Shown piece after piece: positions 40,142 to 47,954 of a stretch of DNA of 64,000 nucleotides. The notes under the pieces are model-generated. The model was not told where the DNA came from, did no database searches, and saw only the letters and a list, made by a program, of their open reading frames with translations. The position numbers and the translations under genes are program-made. Source of the stretch: Thermoplasmata archaeon (GTDB taxonomy: Archaea > Thermoplasmatota > Thermoplasmata > GCA-020350865); the NCBI GenBank assembly GCA_020348445.1, contig CP070751.1:254006-318005 (forward strand), written 5' to 3'. Numbering within the stretch: position 1 is the first letter of the stretch; every line of letters begins with the position of its first letter.

Positions 40142-40891
40142 ATGATGAAAAAATCAACCAAATCGATCTCTGCCAATAGATTTGATGAAGCGCAAGAGGC
40201 AGAACAAAATTATTGGCGGCGTAGGGAAGAAGAGATCATATCAGATAAATTTCGACGACAAAAACGACATGAAGCCCTTACAATTCTAAATGAGTTACGA
40301 GAAGTAACTGGTAATGGGCATTTAAAGAACGTACTCGAGATAGGTGGAGCAGGGGACCCCATCCTCGAATATTATTATGCAGGTCATGGTGTTGTGTTAG
40401 ATCCTCTCGCCAAATTCTTTAAGACCGAGCTTTTCCCGATGCAATTGAAATCAGTAGAATATTATTGCGGTATAGGTGAACATTTGCCCTTTAAATCCAA
40501 CTCATTTGATGGTGTGTTATTATACAATTGCATTGATCATGGCCTCGCCCCTTTTGATATACTTAGTGAAAGTAAAAGGGTGCTTCGGCGTGGAGGGGCT
40601 TTGCACTTACTGGTTGACACCTACTCTTTGATCTCTAATACATATCGAATGATGGTGGAGCAGGTTCTCCCCATGCGAAGAGTCGACGAGCATCCTCATG
40701 GCCTGAGATTCAATGTAATAGAAAAATACCTCAAAGATATAGGATTTGTTGAGGTTATCAGTGGTCATGATGAGCATCCGTATTCCCAAAATCTGAATAA
40801 ACCTCCGGTATCTACAAAAAGATTCATAAAAGACATGGTTCGTTGTCATCGCAAATTAAGGGCATTCTACAGACTGGAAGATATGAATTAA
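40142..40891 (+). CDS. Class I SAM-dependent methyltransferase
   Basis: VLEIGGAG, VVLDP, GEHLPFKSNSFD, NCIDH, RVLRRGG. Start uncertain (40067-40145). Confidence 0.8.
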   Translation: MMKKSTKSISANRFDEAQEAEQNYWRRREEEIISDKFRRQKRHEALTILNELREVTGNGHLKNVLEIGGAGDPILEYYYAGHGVVLDPLAKFFKTELFPMQLKSVEYYCGIGEHLPFKSNSFDGVLLYNCIDHGLAPFDILSESKRVLRRGGALHLLVDTYSLISNTYRMMVEQVLPMRRVDEHPHGLRFNVIEKYLKDIGFVEVISGHDEHPYSQNLNKPPVSTKRFIKDMVRCHRKLRAFYRLEDMN

Positions 40892-41007
40892 ATGGAGTAT
40901 GTTCCGAAAATGAGTCATTCAACCTATACCAAAAGCCAATGACCTGATATTTTAAACAAATCATTTCACAGGATAATCTATAAATATCAAAATAATAATG
41001 CGAAAGC

Positions 41008-41985
41008 ATGGATAGTTTTACCATACAGGTATCCTTTTTATCTGGTTTAATCGCTCTTGTCACCAGTATTATCATCACGAAAAAATTGATTCCGATTTTG
41101 AGAAAACAAAAAATCTTAAGTCCTGATATGAACAAGAAAGACAGGCCTTTAATACCAGAGATGGGGGGTATCGGTGTAATCTTTGCATTTTTTCTTGCAA
41201 TGAATTTTTCTCTTTTTTGGATCTCAACATTGGATTCTCGGCTTTTGGCAATGGTATTATTCACCATTATGGGAGTTGCTTTTGTGGGTATAATGGACGA
41301 TTTACTGGACCTCCATCAACTTACAAAGACGGTTTTACCTTTTGTTATTGCCATACCTTTGGGTATCTATTTACATGATGAAGCCCTCACACTACCTTTA
41401 TTTGGCAGTGTTTCTATGGGATTTTGGATGGTTATTTTGATACCCTTGGGTATAACCACGGCAACAAATCTTACAAACATCTTGGAGGGATTCAACGGTC
41501 TGGGAGCGGGATTGGGTATTATCATGACCACAACGCTCATAATCATCTCGTTCGTTACTGAAAAATTAGACGGATTATTCCTGTTAATACCACTTCTTGG
41601 GGCGTTAATTGGTTTTTATTATTACAATAGATTTCCAAGCAAGATCTTCCCAGGAGATACGCTTTTATTCTTTCAAGGAGCAACAATAGGTTGTGCTGCC
41701 ATTATTGGAAATCTAAAAACAATAGCGGCAATACTTTTTTTACCGTTGTTGGTGGAATTTATACTGAAGGCCAGGGGGAAATTTCCCGCAGAAAATCATG
41801 GGATTATTAAAGATGACGGTACCTTAACTTATGATGGAAAGGTACATTCCCTAAGTCATTTATTAATGAAATATTTCAAGGTAACGGAAAAACAACTGGT
41901 AACTATACTTTGGATGGTGGAGGCTATATTGTGTGTGGTAATGATATCAATAACATACTGGCTGGGACCAGAGTATGCATGGTAG
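41008..41985 (+). CDS. UDP-GlcNAc:polyprenol-phosphate GlcNAc-1-phosphate transferase (AglH/GPT, MraY family), copy 1
   Basis: DMNK..RPLIPEMGG, GIMDD, NLTNILEGFNGL, NRFPSKIFPGDT. Confidence 0.88.
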   Translation: MDSFTIQVSFLSGLIALVTSIIITKKLIPILRKQKILSPDMNKKDRPLIPEMGGIGVIFAFFLAMNFSLFWISTLDSRLLAMVLFTIMGVAFVGIMDDLLDLHQLTKTVLPFVIAIPLGIYLHDEALTLPLFGSVSMGFWMVILIPLGITTATNLTNILEGFNGLGAGLGIIMTTTLIIISFVTEKLDGLFLLIPLLGALIGFYYYNRFPSKIFPGDTLLFFQGATIGCAAIIGNLKTIAAILFLPLLVEFILKARGKFPAENHGIIKDDGTLTYDGKVHSLSHLLMKYFKVTEKQLVTILWMVEAILCVVMISITYWLGPEYAW

Positions 41986-43163
41986 TATATTCCTATTATC
42001 CTATGGATCAGAGGGTTAGAAGGGAAGCAGAGAGTCTCAGCAAAAGCGGAGCCATCATTCATGTGATTTGTTTGAGAAATGAGAATGAAACTAAATTTGG
42101 AATTTACAATAATATTCATGTTTATAGGGTTCCTCTTGGGTTAAGAAGAAACGTTGGGTTTTTACAATATTTCTTCAGATATTTAATATTTCTAATCTTA
42201 TCAACATCCGCTCTTGTTAGATTGTTTGCCAAACATAAATATAAAGTTGTACATGTCCACTCTATTCCAGATTATCTCGTGTTTTGTGCAGTCGTTCCAA
42301 AATTATTTAAAGTAAAGATCATCTTAGACCTTCACGAGCTCATGCCTGAAATTTTTGCTACGAAGTTCGATATTTCCATGGACTCAAAAAGGGTAGGCCT
42401 TGTAAAATTTTTGGAAAGGACAAGCGTCCGTTTTTCAGATTTTATAATCACAACAAGTCAAATAAGAAAAAAGACACTCTCACTAAGAACACAAAAGAAG
42501 GATATTGCCATTATCATGAACCTTCCTCAAAAAGATTTCTTTAAAACTCGTGACATGAGGGATTTTATCGAGAAAAATGGCCTAAGAGAATCATTTATTA
42601 TTATTTACGTGGGCGGTTTATATCCAGAAAGGGAATTGGATGTTGTTATTAAAGCCATGAAATATATTGAAGTAAAAATCCCGAACATTAAGTTCGTCAT
42701 CTGCGGTACGGGAGGAGATGAATATGTTGCTTCATTGCATGATCTTATAAAAGATTTAAATCTTGAAAAGAAGGTATTGTTCGTGGGATATGTCCCTCAG
42801 GATGATGTTTTAAATTATATCGATTTATCAGATGTTGCAATTTGCCCATATAGATTTTATCCAAAGCTAGGAGATGTTTTGGACGGGGTCAGTTCTACAA
42901 AAGTATTTGAATATCTCCTAGTTCCGAAACCTGTTATTGTATCCAATACGTCTGCAACAAATGAAGAATTCAAAGATTTGGTATCTTTTTATGAAAGTGG
43001 TGATCACAAGAATTTAGGAGATAGATTATATGAAGTGTATAAAAACGGAGATGAATTCAATAAAATGGCAAAGAAGGCACAGGAGGTATTATTTAAAAGA
43101 TATGATCCTGAGAAGAATGAACAAAAATTCTTAGAAATTTACAAGAACCTAATTACAAGATGA
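41931..43163 (+). CDS. GT4 family glycosyltransferase
   Basis: RVCMVVYSYYPMDQRVRRE, HVHSIPD, LDLHELMPE, STKVFEY. Putative GTG start 41931 with GGAGG 7 nt upstream. Confidence 0.87.
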   Translation: MCGNDINNILAGTRVCMVVYSYYPMDQRVRREAESLSKSGAIIHVICLRNENETKFGIYNNIHVYRVPLGLRRNVGFLQYFFRYLIFLILSTSALVRLFAKHKYKVVHVHSIPDYLVFCAVVPKLFKVKIILDLHELMPEIFATKFDISMDSKRVGLVKFLERTSVRFSDFIITTSQIRKKTLSLRTQKKDIAIIMNLPQKDFFKTRDMRDFIEKNGLRESFIIIYVGGLYPERELDVVIKAMKYIEVKIPNIKFVICGTGGDEYVASLHDLIKDLNLEKKVLFVGYVPQDDVLNYIDLSDVAICPYRFYPKLGDVLDGVSSTKVFEYLLVPKPVIVSNTSATNEEFKDLVSFYESGDHKNLGDRLYEVYKNGDEFNKMAKKAQEVLFKRYDPEKNEQKFLEIYKNLITR

Positions 43164-43179
43164 GAAAGGTGCAAGCGTC

Positions 43180-43833
43180 ATGAACAAAGAAAAACAGCAA
43201 TCAGATTTTTGGGATGATTACAGCGAAGATTTCGATGCTATCTATTCACATGAAAAATCTAAATTTAACAATCTATTGGATAAGGTATTTCGGCAGGATA
43301 TGTACGAGCGTTTTCAATTTACTATTGAAGAATCCCAGCCCATAAGTGATAGAACCATTCTTGATGTGGGGTGTGGCCCTGGTTACTATTCCCTGGCCTA
43401 TGCAAGGCAAGGAGCAAAGAAGGTCATTGGTATCGATTATTCTGAGAAAATGATTAGATTAGCCAATGAACGTATGAAGAAGGAAAATCTGGGTGGCAAT
43501 TGTCAGTTTCTAGTCGAAGATATAAAGGATTACAATCCAGATTTAAAGTTCGACATTTCAGTGGCCATCGGGTTGTTTGACTATATTAAGGATCCTTTAC
43601 CATATTTAATTAAAATGCGGGAGTTAACAAATGAAAAAATAATTCTTACATTTCCAAGGTTGTATACCTGGCGTGTCCCTATAAGAAAAATCAGGCTAAT
43701 GATAAAGAAATTGGATGTATATTTCTATTCAAAAGGTAGGTTGAAGATATTATTAGAATCTGCAGGCCTTAAAAAATACAAAATTGTTGACATAGGCAAA
43801 TTGCACTGTGTAGTTGTTTTCATAGATAAATGA
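43180..43833 (+). CDS. Class I SAM-dependent methyltransferase
   Basis: ILDVGCGPG, GIDYSEKMI, FDISVAIGLFDY. Confidence 0.88.
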   Translation: MNKEKQQSDFWDDYSEDFDAIYSHEKSKFNNLLDKVFRQDMYERFQFTIEESQPISDRTILDVGCGPGYYSLAYARQGAKKVIGIDYSEKMIRLANERMKKENLGGNCQFLVEDIKDYNPDLKFDISVAIGLFDYIKDPLPYLIKMRELTNEKIILTFPRLYTWRVPIRKIRLMIKKLDVYFYSKGRLKILLESAGLKKYKIVDIGKLHCVVVFIDK

Positions 43834-43892
43834 TATTTTTATCAAAAGAAATTATTAACTAAACAATTAAATATCACTAAAACCTACCAACG

Positions 43893-44882
43893 GTGAAGCA
43901 AATGCTCAATGTTGGCGTGATTGGCATAGGCATGATGGGTCAAAACCATGCAAGGGTATATTCTGAGATAGCAAATTTGGTGGGTCTTGCTGATCAGAAC
44001 GAGAAGGTACTAAGACGGTTTTCTAAGAGGTTCAAAGTTAGAGGATATGAAGATTACAATGAATTACTTGAAAGTCCAGATTTGGACGCAGTAAGTGTTT
44101 GCACTCCCACCACAACCCATTTTAAGATAGTAAATGATGCCATCTCAGCCAAAAAACATGTTCTAGTTGAAAAGCCCATGGGTGGTGAATTGGAAAAGGC
44201 AAATAAGCTCGTTGCCAATGCTAAAAAAAAGGGCGTGGTTCTGGCTGTGGGTTATATCGAGAGATACAATCCAATCGTGGGATTCACCAAGAGCCTGATT
44301 GAAAAGGGGCAGTTCGGTGATGTGATATCGATTTCCTCAAGAAGGGTCAGCTCGTTCCCTTCGAGAATCAAGGATGTGGGTGTTATTTTAGATTTAGGCA
44401 TACATGATATTGATGTGATCAGGTATCTATTAGGTTCCAAAGTCAAAAGTGTTTATTCCCTGGCAGGCAAACCCAATGAGGCCGAATTCGAGGATCATGC
44501 CAACATACTTCTCGAATTCGAAAACGAGGTACTTGCCCATGTGGAGGTAAATTGGCTCACACCCATGAAGGTAAGACGCGTTTCGTTAACATGCTCCAAG
44601 AACTTCGTAGAGATGGATTACATCAACCAGATCCTGCAGGTTTCCTCATCCACAATAAAGAAAATCGACTACGGCAACCTTTACAGGATTCCCCAGGAGT
44701 ACTCAGAAAGAAAAATCCAAATAGAGAGAAGCGAACCCTTAAAAAATGAGCTTACAGATTTCTTAAGTGCAATAGAATTTGATAGGGAGCCCCTGGTATC
44801 GGGAGAGGAAGGGGTTGAGACCTTAAAAATCGCCCATGCAGCCATAAGATCATCGGTAAGCGGTAAAAAAGTCACAATCTAA
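43893..44882 (+). CDS. Gfo/Idh/MocA oxidoreductase (UDP-GlcNAcA 3-dehydrogenase, WbpB/GnnA-like)
   Basis: GIGMMGQNHARV, CTPTTTH, LVEKP, GYIERYNP, DVGVILDLGIHDID, NWLTP.K.R. Confidence 0.85.
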   Translation: MKQMLNVGVIGIGMMGQNHARVYSEIANLVGLADQNEKVLRRFSKRFKVRGYEDYNELLESPDLDAVSVCTPTTTHFKIVNDAISAKKHVLVEKPMGGELEKANKLVANAKKKGVVLAVGYIERYNPIVGFTKSLIEKGQFGDVISISSRRVSSFPSRIKDVGVILDLGIHDIDVIRYLLGSKVKSVYSLAGKPNEAEFEDHANILLEFENEVLAHVEVNWLTPMKVRRVSLTCSKNFVEMDYINQILQVSSSTIKKIDYGNLYRIPQEYSERKIQIERSEPLKNELTDFLSAIEFDREPLVSGEEGVETLKIAHAAIRSSVSGKKVTI

Positions 44883-44981
44883 TTTCTTTTATCTAAATAC
44901 TGTGCAAAGACCAGCATCAGGCAAATATAAAAATAGTTTTATTGCAATGTGGTTTGATAAGAGGTAAAGGAGGTAAATAAC

Positions 44982-45539
44982 ATGGCTGGAGTGAAAATAA
45001 AAACCATAAATGCTCAAAAACTGGCTTATCTTGAACATACAGGAGATTACAGCAGTATACCCTATGGCCAGTACTTTGATAAGCTTTATGCATGGGCAAA
45101 GGAAAAGAAAGTTCGTCCAGGATTCAAACCTCTGGGTATATTCCATGATAATCCTGAAAAAACGCCACCCGAGCAGTGCAGAAGCGAGATCGCTATTCCC
45201 ATTATTGGGGATGCAGAGTCTGATGAAGAAATAAAAGTTAAGGAGCTTCCGGAAATGGAGGTTGCGGTAATCAAGCACAAGGGTTCCTCTGAGGAGTACC
45301 AGAACACCTACAAAACCTTGGGAGAATGGATAATCCAAAACGGTTATGAATGGGCAGGACCCTGCATGGAGGTGTACACAAAGAAGCCCAAGGTGAAAGG
45401 CGAGCAAACCATCATGTACGCCACGATTCAGGCCCCAGTTAAGAAAAAAGAGCCATTGCTTAGGAAATTGGCGGACAAGGAAGAATCAACAGAATCAAAA
45501 ACCGAGGAATCAGAAGACGAGCCAAAGGACGAGGAATAA
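44982..45539 (+). CDS. GyrI-like small-molecule-binding protein with acidic tail
   Basis: LAYLEHTGDY, GIFHDNPEKTP..CRSEIAIP, KHKGS.EEY..TY..L.EWI..NGY, EVY. GGAGG SD. Confidence 0.85.
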   Translation: MAGVKIKTINAQKLAYLEHTGDYSSIPYGQYFDKLYAWAKEKKVRPGFKPLGIFHDNPEKTPPEQCRSEIAIPIIGDAESDEEIKVKELPEMEVAVIKHKGSSEEYQNTYKTLGEWIIQNGYEWAGPCMEVYTKKPKVKGEQTIMYATIQAPVKKKEPLLRKLADKEESTESKTEESEDEPKDEE

Positions 45540-45546
45540 AAGGTTA

Positions 45547-46845
45547 CTATTTACCAATTCCAAAATAAACAAATCCCATCTTGATGCATTCATCTTTATC
45601 AAACATGTTTCTTCCATCAACGATAATAGGATTTCTCATCAATTTCTTGATATGATCGAGTTTTAGATTCTGATAAGCAGAATGCGCAGTTACCAAAACG
45701 AGGCAGTCCGAACTAGCAAGAGCCTCATCCAAATTATCAGACATCTCAACGTCCTCAAAATCCTTGACAAAAGGATCATGGGCTCTTATCTTCGCCCCTT
45801 TGTTTTTCAATTCATTTATTATTGTTTGTGCAGGAGAATTTCTTGTATCATCCGAGTCTGCAAGATATGCAACACCAAGAATCGAGATCACGGCATCTTG
45901 CATTTTCAATTGTGCTTCTGAAAGTGCGGATTCAGTTAGTTCCACCATATGATGGGGCATAAAATCGTTGATGTTCCTTGCCAGGGCAATTAACTTGGGC
46001 GAAAGTTTATTTTTCACTCCGTAAGCTAAAAGCCACGAATCCTTGGGTAAACAATGGCCTCCAACTCCCGCGCCAGGAATATGCATGTCCCTGAAAGGAC
46101 ATTTGTTCACCAAATCCTTGACCTCGTATGCATTCATACCAAGTTTTTCGCATATCTGTGCTATCTCATTTGCAAAGGCGATTTGAACGTCTCTGTAAGC
46201 ATTTTCCGCGGTCTTTACTATCTCTGCAGTGAGTGAGTCTGTTGGAAATAGCTCCCCTTCCACGATATTGCTGTACAATTCAACTGCCATGTTGGCACTC
46301 TCTTCGTTGATTCCCCCCACAACCCTGTCGTATTCTTTGATGTTTTGAAGCAATCTACCTGGCATCACCCTCTCAGGGCAGTTCGCGAGATAGAAATCTT
46401 TACCTGCAGTCAATCCCGATTCCTCCTCTAGAATCGGTTTTACAATTTTATCCATGGTCGTGGGGGCAATAGTGGATTCTATCACCACAAGTGTACCTTT
46501 CGAGAGGTTTTTTCCTATATCCTTTAAGGCGGATTCAAGAGAGGAATAGTTAGGTTCCATCTTTTGGGTGTCAAAGGGCGTCTGTACAGAGATAAGAATC
46601 GCATATGCATCTTTGCACACAGAGAAATTTTGGGTTGCAGAGAGCTTCTTTTTGGAAACTTGCTCTGCAAGCAATTCCTGAAGATGGGGCTCCTTACCCT
46701 TTATCGGAGATTCGCCCTGGTTTATCATATCAACCTTTGGCTTTGAGCGATTGATACCGATGACATTAAATCCCTTTTTAGCAAAAGCGCAGGCAACAGG
46801 GATGCCAACATATCCCATACCCACCACAACGATTTTCCTATCCAT
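45547..46845 (-). CDS. UDP-N-acetylhexosamine dehydrogenase (WecC/WbpA family), copy 3
   Basis: GMGYVGIP, IESTIAP, CPERVMPG, GVGGHCLPKD, DDTRNSP. Start ATG 46845. Confidence 0.9.
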   Translation of the reverse strand: MDRKIVVVGMGYVGIPVACAFAKKGFNVIGINRSKPKVDMINQGESPIKGKEPHLQELLAEQVSKKKLSATQNFSVCKDAYAILISVQTPFDTQKMEPNYSSLESALKDIGKNLSKGTLVVIESTIAPTTMDKIVKPILEEESGLTAGKDFYLANCPERVMPGRLLQNIKEYDRVVGGINEESANMAVELYSNIVEGELFPTDSLTAEIVKTAENAYRDVQIAFANEIAQICEKLGMNAYEVKDLVNKCPFRDMHIPGAGVGGHCLPKDSWLLAYGVKNKLSPKLIALARNINDFMPHHMVELTESALSEAQLKMQDAVISILGVAYLADSDDTRNSPAQTIINELKNKGAKIRAHDPFVKDFEDVEMSDNLDEALASSDCLVLVTAHSAYQNLKLDHIKKLMRNPIIVDGRNMFDKDECIKMGFVYFGIGK

Positions 46846-46859
46846 AATAAACTCCTCCG

Positions 46860-47822
46860 TCACAGGATTTCCACAACCGCCAATAAACCCACGATAAGGC
46901 AAAGTAATGCTTCAATGCCCCAAATTAACCAGACCAAGTGCTTTTCCTTGATCCTTTTTTTCTTCATTACTAAATGGGTCAGCGATTCCGATCTTTTTGA
47001 ATATGATAAGAATCCCTCCTTATCTGGAGTACCGTAATTCTCGCTTTGAAAATGGCCTCTGAGTTTCAGGAAGAATTCTATTATCATAGGTATGAACAAA
47101 AGAGCCCCTATTGTCTTCATGTCACCTATTATTGCGGCGCAGGCAATTGTGGCGCCCATAAAAAGGGTGAGAGTGTCACCGGGGAAGATTTTTGATGGAA
47201 AGCGATTGAACCAGAGAAATGCAAAAAGAGCACCAAGAAGCGGAAACAGCAGCATCAGCGAGTCCGTGGCTTCAAATGAAAAAGAGATTATTATCAATGT
47301 TAAGGTGATTATTATTCCCAGGCCTGCACCAAGACCATTGAAACCTTCGAGCATGTTACCAGCATTTGCAGCGCATGTCACGCCAAAGGGGGCAATCAGA
47401 ACCATCAAAACCCCAAAATCCACTGTTATGAAAACAAAAGACATTGTGGTTTTGTCGGCAGTATACACCCCCACAGGTATGGCAAACAAAAAGGGGATTA
47501 CTGCCTTGAGCCTCTGTCTTATACTGAAGAGATCATCCATAATGCCGGTAAGCGCGGCTCCCACTACAGCCAAAAGTGGGGCTGCCAGAATAGGGAAGTC
47601 GTCATTGTCGAAAATCTTGTTGATCACAAGTAGCGTTGAAACCCCTGCAATGAAGCCTATAACTACTGCCAATCCGCCCATCTCGGGAATTTTCGGCTTG
47701 TCAAATTTGTTATGATCAACACCTACAAGCCCGCTCTCTGTTAATTTCTTGATGAGCCAGGGTACGGTTATGATGGTTGTTATAAATGATACAATTAAAG
47801 AAATGATCAATATTTCCGGCAT
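46860..47822 (-). CDS. AglH/GPT (MraY family) priming transferase, copy 2
   Basis: DHNK..KPKIPEMGG, GIMDD, NAGNMLEGFNGL, NRFPSKIFPGDT. Confidence 0.88.
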   Translation of the reverse strand: MPEILIISLIVSFITTIITVPWLIKKLTESGLVGVDHNKFDKPKIPEMGGLAVVIGFIAGVSTLLVINKIFDNDDFPILAAPLLAVVGAALTGIMDDLFSIRQRLKAVIPFLFAIPVGVYTADKTTMSFVFITVDFGVLMVLIAPFGVTCAANAGNMLEGFNGLGAGLGIIITLTLIIISFSFEATDSLMLLFPLLGALFAFLWFNRFPSKIFPGDTLTLFMGATIACAAIIGDMKTIGALLFIPMIIEFFLKLRGHFQSENYGTPDKEGFLSYSKRSESLTHLVMKKKRIKEKHLVWLIWGIEALLCLIVGLLAVVEIL

Positions 47823-47954
47823 GCCTCTCTAGCCAAGTGAACTAACTAATTCCCTAAAAAGTTTTTCTTTTGAATATCCATTTTCAGAAGTTCAAATCTT
47901 CGGATAAATCAGGGAATAGGTTCGATATCTCGATTTTAAGTGAAAAAAAATGGT

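Noticed and set aside
47092-47715. 207-aa plus-strand ORF (likewise 40824-41267, 1842-2246, 53344-53793 and similar)
   Set aside because: Antisense to well-supported genes, with no independent coding evidence.
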